Source of the DNA: Octopus sinensis
Taxonomy: Eukaryota
Assembly: GCF_006345805.1 (NCBI RefSeq)
Contig: NC_043016.1
Coordinates: 18,600,001-18,664,000 of the forward strand
DNA length: 64,000 nucleotides
Direction of reading: 5' to 3'
The notes under the pieces are model-generated. The model did not search any database, had not been told where the DNA came from, and worked only from the letters and a program-made list of their open reading frames with translations. A program made the position numbers and the translations under genes. Positions 12,882 to 25,016 of this stretch are shown one piece after another (the stretch's first letter is position 1; every line of letters starts with the position of its first letter).

Positions 12882-13300
12882 AGGCGGCGAGCTGGCAGAA
12901 ACGTTAGCACGTCGGGCCTGAGTTCAAATTCCGCCGAGGTCGACTTTGCTTTTCATTCTTTCGGGGTCGATAAATTAAGTACCAGTTACGCACTGGGGTC
13001 GATATAATCAACTTAATCCGTTTGTCTGTCCTTGTTTGTCCCCTCTGTGTGTAGCCCATGTAAGCAGTAAAGAAATAAGAATCTTATATATTTCTTGTGG
13101 GCAGTAAAGAAATAGGTATTTCGTCTGCCGTTACGTTCTGAGTTCAAATTCCGCCGTGTTTCGATTTTGCCTTTCTTCCTTTCGGGGTCGATTAAATAAG
13201 TACCAATACGCATTAGGGTTGATATAATTGACTTAATCCCTTTGTCTGTCCTTGTTTGTCACCTCTATGTTTAGCCCCTTGTGGGCAATAAAGAAATAAG
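12882..13300 (+). mobile_element. SINE-C with tandem second body unit
   Basis: Head gagctggcagaaacgttag, B-box gagttcaaattcc, body gtcgactttgcctttcatcctttcggggtcga; second unit from about 13115. Confidence 0.85.
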
Positions 13301-13517
13301 AATCTTGACTAGATTTCCTTTGTTATTCATATTTCGGAGGTCGATGAAAATATGAATAAGTGCCCATTTCTTCTTTTTTTATATATATTCTTATATATTT
13401 CTATGTGTATAAATATTTGAATGTATTTATATCTATATATGCATTCAAATATATATAAATTTATCTATAATTCTAACCATTTCTTATTTTTACTTATACG
13501 CCCTTATTAAATTTTTA

Positions 13518-13663
13518 TAAGTAGCTTGCTTACCAACCACATGGTTCTGGGTTCAGTCCCAGTGTGTGGCACCTTCGGCAAGTGTCTTCTACTATAGCCT
13601 TGGGCGACCAAAGCCTTGTGAGTGGATTTGGTAGACGGAAACTGAAAGAAGTCCGTTGTATAT

Positions 13664-13719
<56 letters not shown>

Positions 13720-13950
13720 ATGTGTGTGTGTCTGTGTGTGTGTACGTATATGTTTGTGTATCTGTGTTTGTCCCCCCCTACTACATCGCTTGACAACAGA
13801 TACTGGTGCGTTTACGTCCCGTAACTTAGCGGTTCGGCAAGAGATACCGATAGAATAAGTCCTGGGGTCGATTTGCTCGACTAAAGGCGGTGCTCCAGCA
13901 TGGCCACAGTCAAATGACTGAAACAAATTAAAAGAATAAAAGAATAAAAG
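13518..13950 (+). mobile_element. SINE-A
   Basis: High similarity to 4374-4795. Confidence 0.9.
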
Positions 13951-14893
13951 CATATTTACCCCGATATTAATATGATACTTGAATACACGGTTAATATCTA
14001 TATATTGTTTATCTCTATACTTTTTAATGATTACACACAGTATATCATATACAATATTACATATTTATTTTTTCTAAATAGACTTCTTTTCCCCACCTTT
14101 ATAAGGTCTGTACCGAATTTATCTATAAAACATTACTCAGTTATATAAATAAATATATATAAAACATTACTCAGTTATATATATATGAATATATATAAAT
14201 ATATATATATATATAAAACATTACTCACGTAAAAACATAAAAATGTAATGGTACATATTTTTTTGCCTATCTCCGACGAGAATCTACTTTATAATGATTT
14301 AAGTATTTTAATCAATATCTTTAAAATCTGAATCGAAACAGATGTCAGGGATTATGTCTATTATTGCAATTAATAAATATAATAATTAATTTATTTATCG
14401 CTATTTTCTCGGTTTATTTACTTCACCTATTTATTTACTTCACCTATTTACTTCACCTATTAAAATTCACATTCAAAATAAATAGTAGGTAAGAAACCAG
14501 TAAAATCATTGGATATTATTATTCCTTAATGAGGTTTATGTAACCTCTAATTGAACTTTTATATATGTATATATATAAATTCACAATCATACATACACAC
14601 GTTAAAATTTGAGGAAGTTTTTCTTTTTCAATCATATTTCGTACATATTAAACAACACTCATCATCGTTATCTTTGTTTGCCTTTACACGAACTTATACC
14701 ACGGGTGACTAATTTCTAGTGGGAATTAATCTGTGAGTCTTTCCCAAGGAATACTTCTTTTACTCAATGATTGGTCAAACGTATAATAAATAATAATAAG
14801 TGTGTTTATTGAATTCTACTTTGATTTATATTCACGGTGTGACAATCGGTACAACCCTTTTATAATTATTCTATTTCATGTCTTGTCTTTCTT

Positions 14894-14956
<63 letters not shown>

Positions 14957-15223
14957 TTTTTTGTAATATGATCATTTTTAACTTTGGCGCATTTGAGCCA
15001 AACGAATTAATATTATCAATGAAATAGTTTACCGTCTTCTCAGATCACTTGAAAAGTAGTGTGTTTTGTGTAGAGGGCATGGTGGGAGTGTGGAAAAGAA
15101 AGCTTTCACACTCATATGATTTATGAAAGATTGATGAAAGTAGTGTCATGACATGACTAAACGATTCAGCCCTGAATACATATGACATATAAGACATAGG
15201 ACGGAGAGATAGATAGATAGATA

Positions 15224-15270
<47 letters not shown>

Positions 15271-15371
15271 GTCTTAGTTTCTATGACATGGTCTGCTTCT
15301 TTTACATCACTGATTTTATATTATTTTATTTTTATTGAAAAAGTATACTTTATCATTCATTCGTATACACA

Positions 15372-15425
<54 letters not shown>

Positions 15426-15481
15426 ATATACAGTATATATATGTGTGTTTATATATATATATGTGAGTGTATATATATATA

Positions 15482-15539
<58 letters not shown>

Positions 15540-15775
15540 TTGTATTTATGTACACACGCATACCACTCACACAAACACGCATAAATATGTATATGGCTGA
15601 AAACAACCATAAAATCCTGGGTTCGCTGTCATTTTGTGGTTCCTTCTGCGTATTATTTTTTAATCAGAGTGAAATCGAATTGTCGGAAACCACAAAGAAG
15701 GCCGTGAGGTGGATTATACCGCTTCTTTCAAATACGCACGCACACAACCACACACACACGCGCGCGCACACACAT

Positions 15776-15807
<32 letters not shown>

Positions 15808-15855
15808 TATATATATATATATATTTATATATTTCATATATATCTGTAGGTATTC

Positions 15856-16008
15856 TATTATTCATTACTTTTTTCAGTCACTTTATCATCCTGGAGCACC
15901 ACCTTCAAGGATTTGAGTTGAAGAAGTCAAACTCAAGACATTTTCTTTGTAAGCCTAGTACTTATTCTATCGATAACTTTTGCCGAGCCGCTAACTTTTG
16001 GAACGTAT

Positions 16009-16044
<36 letters not shown>

Positions 16045-19000
16045 CAACAATCAAGGAACGGCCATAATAGGCCATTCACCCACTAGAAATAACAGCCAAA
16101 GCTTCAACCGCAAATAAAAGTCAATTCCGTAAACAGGAGAAAATTTTAAAATTTACCCTGTATTTCTTATACGATGCACCGTTTCATCTGCTGTTTAATG
16201 GTAACTAACCTGATTAAATTAAATCAAGCCAATCTTCCATAGGCCCTCAGATTCTTCAGTAAGAAATAGCCACAAGTCGGAACAGATATTTTCACGAGGC
16301 ATCTCCGACCCTGCAAGGTAATATCTGACCTAAAATTTTCAATCATGCACTCGCGCCAAATTTATCGGCAGCAATAAATAAAGCCGTCGATTCCATTACG
16401 GAATTAACCAAAAATTCATAATTAATCAATATGGGTGGCAAAAAAAATTTTGTAGAATTTCTTTTTTTGCCACCAGCGGCCTAGTGGGAAAAATTAAATA
16501 AAATAGTCATAGACCATTTTTAAGTTCAACATCAACAATCAAGGAACGGCCATAATAGGCCATTCACCCACTAGAAATAAAACGCCAAAGCTTCAACCGC
16601 AAATAAAATCAATTCCGTAAACGGAGAAAATTTAAAAAACTTTACCCTGTAATTTCTTATACGATGCACCGTTTCATCTGCTGTTTAATGGTAAACTAAC
16701 CTGATTAAATTAAATCAAGCCAATCTTCCATAGGCCCTCAGATTCTTCAGTAATAAATAGCCACAAGTCGGAACAGATATTTTCACGAGGCATCTCCGAC
16801 CCTGCCAAGGTAATATCTGACCTAAAATTTTCAATCATCGCATCGCACTCGCGCCAAATTTATCGGCAGCAATAAATATAAGCCGTCGATTCCATTACGG
16901 AATTAACCAAAAATTCATAATTAATCAATATAGGGTTGCCAAAAAAATTTTGTAGAATTTCTTTCTGCCACCAGCGGCCTAGTGGGGAAAAAATTAAATA
17001 GTCATAGACCATTTTTAAGTTCAACATCAACAATCAAGGAACGGCCATAATAGGCCATTCACCCACTAGAAATAACAGCCAAAGCTTCAACCGCAATAAA
17101 AGTCAATTCCGTAAACAGAGAAAATTAAAAAACATTTACCCTGTAATTTCTTACGATCATCCGATGCACCGTTTCATGCTGTTTAATGGTAAACTAACCT
17201 GATTAAATTAAATCAAGCCAATCTTCCATAGGCCCTCAGATTCTTCAGTAAGAAATAGCCACAAGTCGGAACAGATATTTTCACGAGGCATCTCCGACCC
17301 TGCCAAGGTAATATCTGACCTAAAATTTTCAAATCAATCATCGCACTCGCGCGGCAAATTTATCGGCAGCAAATAAATATAAGCCGTCGATTCCATTACG
17401 GAATTAACCAGAAAATTCATAATTAATCAATATAGGGTGGCAAAAAAAATTTTGTAGAATTTCTTTTTGCCACCAGCGGCCTAGTGGGAAAAATTAAATA
17501 GTCATAGACCATTTTTAAGTTCAACATCAACAATCAAGGAACGGCCATAATAGGCCATTCACCCACTAGAAATAACAGCCAAAGCTTCAACCGCAAATAA
17601 AAGTCAATTCCGTAAACAGGAGAAAATTTAAAAAACATTTACCCTGTAATTTCTTATACGATGCACCATTTCATCTGCTGTTTAATGGTAAACTAACCTG
17701 ATTAAATTAAATCAAGCCAATCTTCCATAGGCCCTCAGATTCTTCAGTAAGAAATAGCCACAAGTCGGAACAGATATTTTCACGAGGCATCTCCGACCCT
17801 GCCAGGTAATATCTGACCTAAATTTTTCAATCATCCATCGCACTCGCGCCAAATTTATCATCGGCAGCAAATAAATATAAGCCGTCGATTCCATTACGGA
17901 ATTAACCAGAAAATTCATAATTAATCAATATAGGGTGGCAAAAAAAATTTTGTAGAATTTCTTTTTGCCACCAGCGGCCTAGTGGGAAAAATTAATAGTC
18001 ATAGACCATTTTTAAGTTCAACATCAACAATCAAGAACGGCCATAATAGGCCATTCACCCACTAGAAATAACAGCCAAAGCTTCAACCGCAAATAAAAGT
18101 CAATTCCGTAAACAGGAGAAAATTTAAAAAACATTTACCCTGTAATTTCTTATACGATGCACCGTTTCATCTGCTGTTTAATGGTAAACTAACTTGGCAG
18201 GGTCGGAGATGCCTCGTGAAAATATCTGTTCCGACTTGTGGCTATTTCTTACTGAAGAATCTGAGGGCCTATGGAAGATTGGCTTGATTTAATTTAATCA
18301 GGTTAGTTTACCATTAAACAGCAGATGAAATGGTGCATCGTATAAGAAATTACAGGGTAAATGTTTTTTAAATTTTCTCCTGTTTACGGAATTGACTTTT
18401 ATTTGCGGTTGAAGCTTTGGCTGTTATTTCTAGTGGGTGAATGGCCTATTATGGCCGTTCCTTGATTGTTGATGTTGAACTTAAAAATGGTCTATGACTA
18501 TTTAATTTTTCCCACTAGGCCGCTGGTGGCAAAAAGAAATTCTACAAAATTTTTTTTGCCACCCTATATTGATTAATTATGAATTTTCTGGTTAATTCCG
18601 TAATGGAATCGACGGCTTATATTTATTTGCTGCCGATAAATTTGGCGCGAGTGCGATGATTTGAAAATTTTAGGTCAGATATTACCTTGGCAGGGTCGGA
18701 GATGCCTCGTGAAAATATCTGTTCCGACTTGTGGCTATTTCTTACTGAAGAATCTGAGGGCCTATGGAAGATTGGCTTGATTTAATTTAATCAGGTTAGT
18801 TTACCATTAAACAGCAGATGAAACGGTGCATCGTATAAGAAATTACAGGGTAAATGTTTTTTAAATTTTCTCCTGTTTACGGAATTGACTTTTATTTGCG
18901 GTTGAAGCTTTGGCTGTTATTTCTAGTGGGTGAATGGCCTATTATGGCCGTTCCTTGATTGTTGATGTTGAACTTAAAAATGGTCTATGACTATTTAATT

Positions 19001-19255
19001 TTTCCCACTAGGCCGCTGGTGGCAAAAAGAAATTCTACAAAATTTTTTTTGCCACCCTATATTGATTAATTATATATATATATATATATATATACAACAG
19101 GTTTTTTTCAGTTTTCATCTACCAAATAGACTCACAAGGCTTTGGTTGGCCTGAGGCTATAATAGAAGACATTTGCCCAAAGTGCCACACAGTGTGACTG
19201 AACCTAGAGCCATGTGGTTGGGGAGCGAACTTCTTACCACATAGCCACGCCTGAA
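15856..19255 (-). mobile_element. Diverged SINE-A split by the 3-kb tandem array
   Basis: 3' half at 15856-16005, 5' half at 19094-19255, same orientation. Confidence 0.75.
16043..19070. repeat. Tandem array of a ~495-bp unit: ~4.3 direct copies followed by ~1.75 inverted copies
   Basis: atcaacaatcaagg recurs at about 16043, 16531, 17026, 17526, 18023; orientation flips at 18192/18193; (TA)n at both ends. Confidence 0.95.
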
Positions 19256-19299
19256 ACCTATATATATATATATATACTATGTTCATCTTTCTCGTTTGT

Positions 19300-19770
19300 A
19301 CAGATGAACATATCTACAGCTTCACACTTTGTGTGTTCTAAGGTATTTATTTGTGAAATATTGGCATAAAATCCGCAGTTATAGTTGGGACACGAAATAA
19401 TATAACCCAGCACCTAGGTCTTATATTTTCCGTTCAACTCTGCAATCTTTAGTTTCACTGGTCACATAGAATTCAGAATGCTGTATTCCAGAGTAGACAG
19501 CACTACACAACAGTAAGCGATCTTGAGCAAGATGCTCCTATGTAGATGGCTTTAAGTTCCACTTTTCAAAATATGCCTTGAACGTGTCTTGCTATCTCTT
19601 CTTAGGTCCACCACATGACCGAGAGCCAACTGCTAGCTCACAAAGAAGATCTGTTTGGGGAGTCTGGCGTCAGACGTGCGCGCTGCGTGTCCACTACACC
19701 GCAGCTTGAATTTACTTAGGAACGCACATATGATGAAGACACATGTCTTACGAGTGCAGCCATTTAAGGG
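19300..19770 (-). pseudogene. RTE LINE C-terminal fragment
   Basis: Minus translation resembles LRWSGH..R..D.RLPKQIFF.EL..G.R..GGPKKRYKD..K...W..LAQDR. Confidence 0.75.
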
Positions 19771-19862
19771 ATTTTATCCTACCATCAGATAGTGAAAATT
19801 GGTTATTGGCGTGTTAAGTGGAAGTACATATATAATAATGATAATAATAATAGTAGTAGTAA

Positions 19863-19969
<107 letters not shown>

Positions 19970-20244
19970 GCCACTGAAACAAAAAAAAGTGATATCATTG
20001 AGCTAAATGACTTAATATACGCAGCAGCCACTGCAGCCACAAAAGAAGCTGGATACTCACCCAAACCCGCCCAAACAGGAGTACCACCACCCAAACAAAC
20101 CCTGTTGATAAATAACATCCAAAACAAAATAAAAAAATTAGAAAAGACCTGTCAATTCTTAATGAAATCAGCAAACAATCAACGCTACTGATCAACAAAA
20201 AGAGAACAAAAATACTCCGCAAATATAACATCACAGAAAAAGAT

Positions 20245-21582
20245 TTGCCGGAGATAAAAGAAAAGCTGAAGCAAGATATCCTTGCCAAAGCTCAAAGGAT
20301 CCGCCGGTACGAGAAACGCCAACGCTTCTTTGAACAAAACAAAAAGTTCAACTCCAACCCCAAAAAGTTCTACCAAGAACTGGGCAAAAATAAAATAGAA
20401 ATCACTGCAGCACCAACGGCAGAAGAATTGGAAGAATTCTGGAGAGAAATATGGTCGGCGAACGAACAGCCAAAAAAAAGGAGTATCAAAATAACAAACT
20501 CGGCATCTGAACAACTTTGGACCCCCATAACAACTGAAGAGGTCACCCAGGCACTGCAAAGACTAAGCCACTGGAAGGCACCTGGGCATGACAAGATCCC
20601 CAACATCTGGTTGAAATATCTAACAGGAATGCACAAAAAGCTGGCTGAAAACTTTAACAACATACTAGCAGAGCCAGAGACAATGCCTGAATGGCTCACG
20701 AAGGGGAAAACCATCTTAATTCCCAAATCAAATGAAACAGCAAAACCAGAAAACTACAGACCAATAACCTGCCTCCCTACTATGTTCAAGGCATTTACTG
20801 CAGTGATATCGCAAAGGCTGAACAAGCACCTGGACGAAAACAAACTGTTCCCAGAAGAGCAGAAAGGATGCCGCAAAGGCTCATATGGCTGTAAAGATCA
20901 ACTAATGATTAATAAAGCCATAACTGAAGACAGCCACAGAAAGAAGAAAGGCCTCAGTATGGCCTGGATTGACTACAAAAAGGCGTTTGATAGCATCCCC
21001 CACACATGGATCCTCGAAACACTAGCCATTAACAAAGTAGCACCAACAATCATAAAATTCATAGAGCACTCTATGAATAAGTGGCAAACAGTCCTACACC
21101 TCCAAACAAGAGGACTCATGAAAACCAAAGACATCCCCATTAGAAGAGGAATATTCCAGGGAGACACGCTCTCTCCACTCCTTTTCTGCTTGGCACTGTC
21201 ACCTCTATCTGATATACTAAATAGAACTGGATGCGGATATAAATGTTACGGCAAAACGATCAGCCACCTTTTATATATGGATGACCTAAAACTATATGCT
21301 GCAAATGACAAACAGCTGGAAACACTATTAAAGACAGTTCATGGATTTACCAAAGAAATAGATATGAAATTTGGATTAGAAAAATGCGCCAAAGTAACCA
21401 TGAAAAGAGGAAAACTAGTTAAGAGTAACAACATCACACTAGATAAAACCAATGAAATAAACGAATTAGACCAAAGCCAAACTTACAAATACTTAGGAAT
21501 CCATGAACTAGATAAGACACAACACACACAAATGAAAGAGAAAATAAAAAAGAATATTATAGACGAGTTAGATCAATACTAA
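20245..21582 (+). CDS. Reverse transcriptase segment of the Dong/R4 ORF (ends at a frameshift, not a true stop)
   Basis: 445-aa ORF with canonical non-LTR RT motifs including YMDD; homology continues in another frame after an A-run near 21550. Confidence 0.9.
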   Translation: MPEIKEKLKQDILAKAQRIRRYEKRQRFFEQNKKFNSNPKKFYQELGKNKIEITAAPTAEELEEFWREIWSANEQPKKRSIKITNSASEQLWTPITTEEVTQALQRLSHWKAPGHDKIPNIWLKYLTGMHKKLAENFNNILAEPETMPEWLTKGKTILIPKSNETAKPENYRPITCLPTMFKAFTAVISQRLNKHLDENKLFPEEQKGCRKGSYGCKDQLMINKAITEDSHRKKKGLSMAWIDYKKAFDSIPHTWILETLAINKVAPTIIKFIEHSMNKWQTVLHLQTRGLMKTKDIPIRRGIFQGDTLSPLLFCLALSPLSDILNRTGCGYKCYGKTISHLLYMDDLKLYAANDKQLETLLKTVHGFTKEIDMKFGLEKCAKVTMKRGKLVKSNNITLDKTNEINELDQSQTYKYLGIHELDKTQHTQMKEKIKKNIIDELDQY

Positions 21583-22014
21583 AAACAGAGCTCAATGCTA
21601 AAAACAAGATAATAGGTATCAACACTTTAGCTGTCCCAGTTATAAGTTACAGCTACAATATCCTTAACTGGACACGAAATGAACTGTCCAAAATAGATAG
21701 GAAAACAAGAAAAATAATGACAGATCTAGGATGCATCACCCAAAATCTGACATAGAAAGACTATATATACAACGTATAGAAGGTGGTAGAGGCCTTATAC
21801 AGCTGGAAAACTACTATAAAATAACCACCATAGGACTGCAAAAATATCTACTTCAGAAGGAGGAAAACTGATCCAGATAGCGGCAAAACACGACCAAAAC
21901 AAAAAACTGTTCTCAGTATTTAAGGAAGCTGACAAATACAAACAAGAAATCATACCACCTAATAAACATGAAGAAGAAGAAGAAGATGAAGAAACAACAA
22001 AAGCTATAAAACAA

Positions 22015-22734
22015 ATGAAATCCAAACTAAAAATAGAACAGCAACGAACCATGATAAAACGATGGCAAGAAAAGCCCCTTCATGGTAAATACTGGACTAA
22101 ACTAAACGCAAAAGAAATAGACAAAGAAAAATCCCAGCAATGGTTGAGAAGCTCAGGACTCAAAGCAGAAACAGAGGGATTTTTAATTGCAGCACAAGAC
22201 CAAAGCCTCCCCACCAGAAATTACCAAAAACATGTAATGAAAAGAAATATTACAAGTAACTGCAGAATATGTGGAGATGGACAAGAAACAATAAATCATA
22301 TTATCTCTAGCTGCCCAGTCCTGGCTAAGAAGGAATATATTCACAGACATGACAGAGTTGGAACCTACATACATTGGAAGGTATGCCAACATTATGGAAT
22401 AACAACAGAAAAAAGATGGTATAGGCACACACCAGAAAAGGTCACAGAAAACGAGAAAGCAACCATACTCTGGGATATGCCGATACACACAGATAGAGAA
22501 ATTAAGGCCAACAGACCAGATATAGTTGTCAGAGATCATGAAGAAAAAAAATGCTTTCTAATTGATGTATCAATACCGGCAGATGACAACGTGTCTCTAA
22601 AAGAAATGGAGAAACTCTCAAAATACAAAGACCTGGAAATAGAGGTAACTAGAATGTGGAATCTGAAAACAGAAACAATTCCTATCATAGTAGGTGCATT
22701 AGGCATGATAAAAAATATTCAGACAAATACATAA
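22015..22734 (+). CDS. CCHC zinc knuckle + restriction-like endonuclease segment of the Dong/R4 ORF
   Basis: 239-aa ORF with CCHC and PD-(D/E)xK-type motifs; frameshift near 22710, then ...QKIALLGNAHILRRTLSIQ* ending at 22829. Confidence 0.9.
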   Translation: MKSKLKIEQQRTMIKRWQEKPLHGKYWTKLNAKEIDKEKSQQWLRSSGLKAETEGFLIAAQDQSLPTRNYQKHVMKRNITSNCRICGDGQETINHIISSCPVLAKKEYIHRHDRVGTYIHWKVCQHYGITTEKRWYRHTPEKVTENEKATILWDMPIHTDREIKANRPDIVVRDHEEKKCFLIDVSIPADDNVSLKEMEKLSKYKDLEIEVTRMWNLKTETIPIIVGALGMIKNIQTNT

Positions 22735-22923
22735 CAAAAACACCAGGACTTACAAATACATATAACATACAGAAAATTGCACTACTAGGCAATGCACACA
22801 TCCTACGCAGAACACTTTCCATACAATAACCATCAGAGCACCACAACAAATCACAGCACATACCCAAGGCACACAGAGCTGCGCTCGGTAGTGAAGTGAA
22901 AGCACGCTATAAAAATAAAACTA

Positions 22924-22974
<51 letters not shown>

Positions 22975-22985
22975 TAATAATAATA

Positions 22986-23020
<35 letters not shown>

Positions 23021-23088
23021 TTAATAATATGACAACAAAAGAATGGATGAAACCTCGATATTATGTAAATAGGGGAATTTATCTATAA

Positions 23089-23195
23089 TATATGTGACAA
23101 CTAGTCGGTCACCATAATAAAACTCAGAGTTTCGGATGTCGAGGCGGAAGTCTGCTCCGCTATCTCGTCAGTTATTATGACTAATTGTCACATAT
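23089..23195 (-). ncRNA. Type I hammerhead ribozyme motif (Penelope-type)
   Basis: Minus strand: cataataa-CTGACGA-stem II-c-GAA-actctgagt-T-ttattatg; 8-bp stem I extended by a 17-bp helix with one G-U pair. Confidence 0.75.
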
Positions 23196-23235
23196 GATAT
23201 ATATATATATACATATCGTCTTATTTTTATATTCT

Positions 23236-23472
23236 GTTACTTGTTTCAGTCATTTTGACTGTGGCCATACTGGAGCACCGGCTCGAAAGGTTTCTGTCGA
23301 ACAAATCGACTACAGGTCTTATTCCATTGGTTTCTTTTGCCGATCTGCCAAGTTACGGTAACGTGAACACACCAACGATGGTTATCAAGCGGTAGTGGGG
23401 AGACAAAGACAGTCACAAAGACACACACACTCATAGATATATGCATATATATGTATACTTACTGCTGCCTAA

Positions 23473-23526
<54 letters not shown>

Positions 23527-23688
23527 ATATATGTATATATGAGTGGCTTCTTCAGTTTCCGTCTACCAAATCCACTAACAAAGCTTTGTTTGGCCCGAGG
23601 CTATAGTAAAGGACACTTGCCCAAGGTTCCATGCAGTGGGACCGAACCCAGAACTATCATGTGTTTGGGAAGCAAGCTGCTTATCACG
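23236..23688 (-). mobile_element. SINE-A
   Basis: Similarity to 4374-4795 across both halves. Confidence 0.8.
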
Positions 23689-23696
23689 TATGTATA

Positions 23697-24051
23697 GATA
23701 ATGCACCAATTCACACAGCTGTTGTTACTGAATGGCATGAAGAACATTCTAATGAAGTTGAACATCTTATCTGGCCATCACAGTCCCCAGATCTCAATAT
23801 TATTGAACATTTATGGTACATTTTAGAAAAACGAGTAAGGAGTCGATATCCTACACCATCATCACTACAAGAACTGGAGACTGTTTTAGCTGAAGAATGG
23901 ACAAACATACCTTTGGAAAAAATTCAAATTTTGTACAAGTTTATACCTCATAGAATTCAAGCTGTAATTACAAAGAAAGGCGTTTCTACCCTATATTAAA
24001 ATAAATTTGTTTGAAATTTTAAGGTGTCTCCATTATTTTATCCAAAACTTG
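23697..24051 (+). mobile_element. 3' fragment of the same Tc1 family with degenerate right TIR
   Basis: DNAPIHTA...WPSQSPDLNIIEHLW...IQAVITKKG; ends cattattttatccaaaacttg, resembling the TIR at 9275-9295. Confidence 0.85.
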
Positions 24052-24772
24052 TTGACATAAAATATATATGTATGTGTGTGTGTGTGTTCCAAAAAGCTGT
24101 TTTTTCATCTTATACAAAGATGCAATTGCTTGAATAGTTGTGGTTTGAAGGAAATTTGGCTGCTATATCTAGCAGGCCAAACAACTTCTAGTGGCTCGCC
24201 CGTTGGCTCGCTCACGCATGTATTGTTGTTAGCTTCTCAGGTCATCGTCGTTTTTGCTCGTATTGTTGTTAAGTTATCAAATTGGCCCTGATCGAGCAGA
24301 TCTATAAGAAAAAGCTTTCCAAACGTGACAATATCCTCCGAATTACATCGCCCAGTGTCTTCAAGAAACATAAGAGATAAACTGAGGGAGACATTGGCAG
24401 CTGTTTCATGAGGTTCCTCGTTTCAGGCATACCTCAACCTACGTCGTTTTGAGTTACGTCTTTTTCGACTCCAGGTCATTAAAAGATAAAAAAAAACATT
24501 GCATTTATGTCTACGAGGCCCGGGTGAATACCCAAACTGGACTGGGTTGTACAACCTGTTACTCTACCCCCATGTGTTGTTACCTAATTTCCTTTTTTTC
24601 TCTTTTCTTTTTTTTTTGTTTCTGACGATTCACCTATATCTCACCGAATATGATTAAAAGCATAAAAAAAGTTTTTAAAAGCCAATACTGAAATGGAAAA
24701 ATAAAATCAAAATACTCATGAAAATAAGTACGAATCATTTATTTAAACAGATATAAGCTAACAAAGTTTTAA

Positions 24773-25016
24773 GGATCTTTTCCTTTTGATAGCCAGATTT
24801 CAACACAACGCAAATGATTTCAGCTCAAATACTGGCGATTCGTTGGTTAAAATTCGAAGAATTAAACTACGTTAAACTTACAAATTACAAATTTATCAAA
24901 AAAACCCAAGTGAAAATAATGTTTTCTTTTGACACATTCTACCAGCATACGAAGTTTCAAATTGTTTAGTTAACTAGAAATTGTGTTGGAATCTGGCTAT
25001 CAAAAGGAAAAGATCC
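24773..25016. mobile_element. MITE-like element with ~36-bp terminal inverted repeats
   Basis: ggatcttttccttttgatagccagatttcaacacaa / ttgtgttggaatctggctatcaaaaggaaaagatcc; no clear TSD. Confidence 0.6.

Larger units (their letters stand above)
19970..22926 (+). mobile_element. R4/Dong-clade non-LTR retrotransposon (RT + CCHC + restriction-like endonuclease), 5'-truncated, inserted in a (TAA)n tract
   Basis: RT motifs RPITCLPTMFK, WIDYKKAFDSIPH, GIFQGDTLSPLLF, HLLYMDDLK; CCHC CRICGDGQETINHIISSC; RLE RHD...RPDIV...IDV...KLSKYKDL; stop at 22827-22829, ~100-bp 3' UTR, (AAT)n on both sides. Confidence 0.93.

Noticed and set aside
14260-14350. Hammerhead-like ccgacga...gaaacagatgtc
   Set aside because: Altered core, poor stem I and unconvincing stem II.
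16043-19070. CRISPR-like or coding interpretation of the tandem array (ORF 17712-17918)
   Set aside because: Units are wholly repeated with no unique spacers; the ORF is not preserved between copies.
19607-19720. Plus-strand exon candidate after a strong acceptor (VHHMTESQLLAHKEDLFGE...)
   Set aside because: The minus strand translates to an RTE C-terminus, so it is antisense to a LINE fragment.
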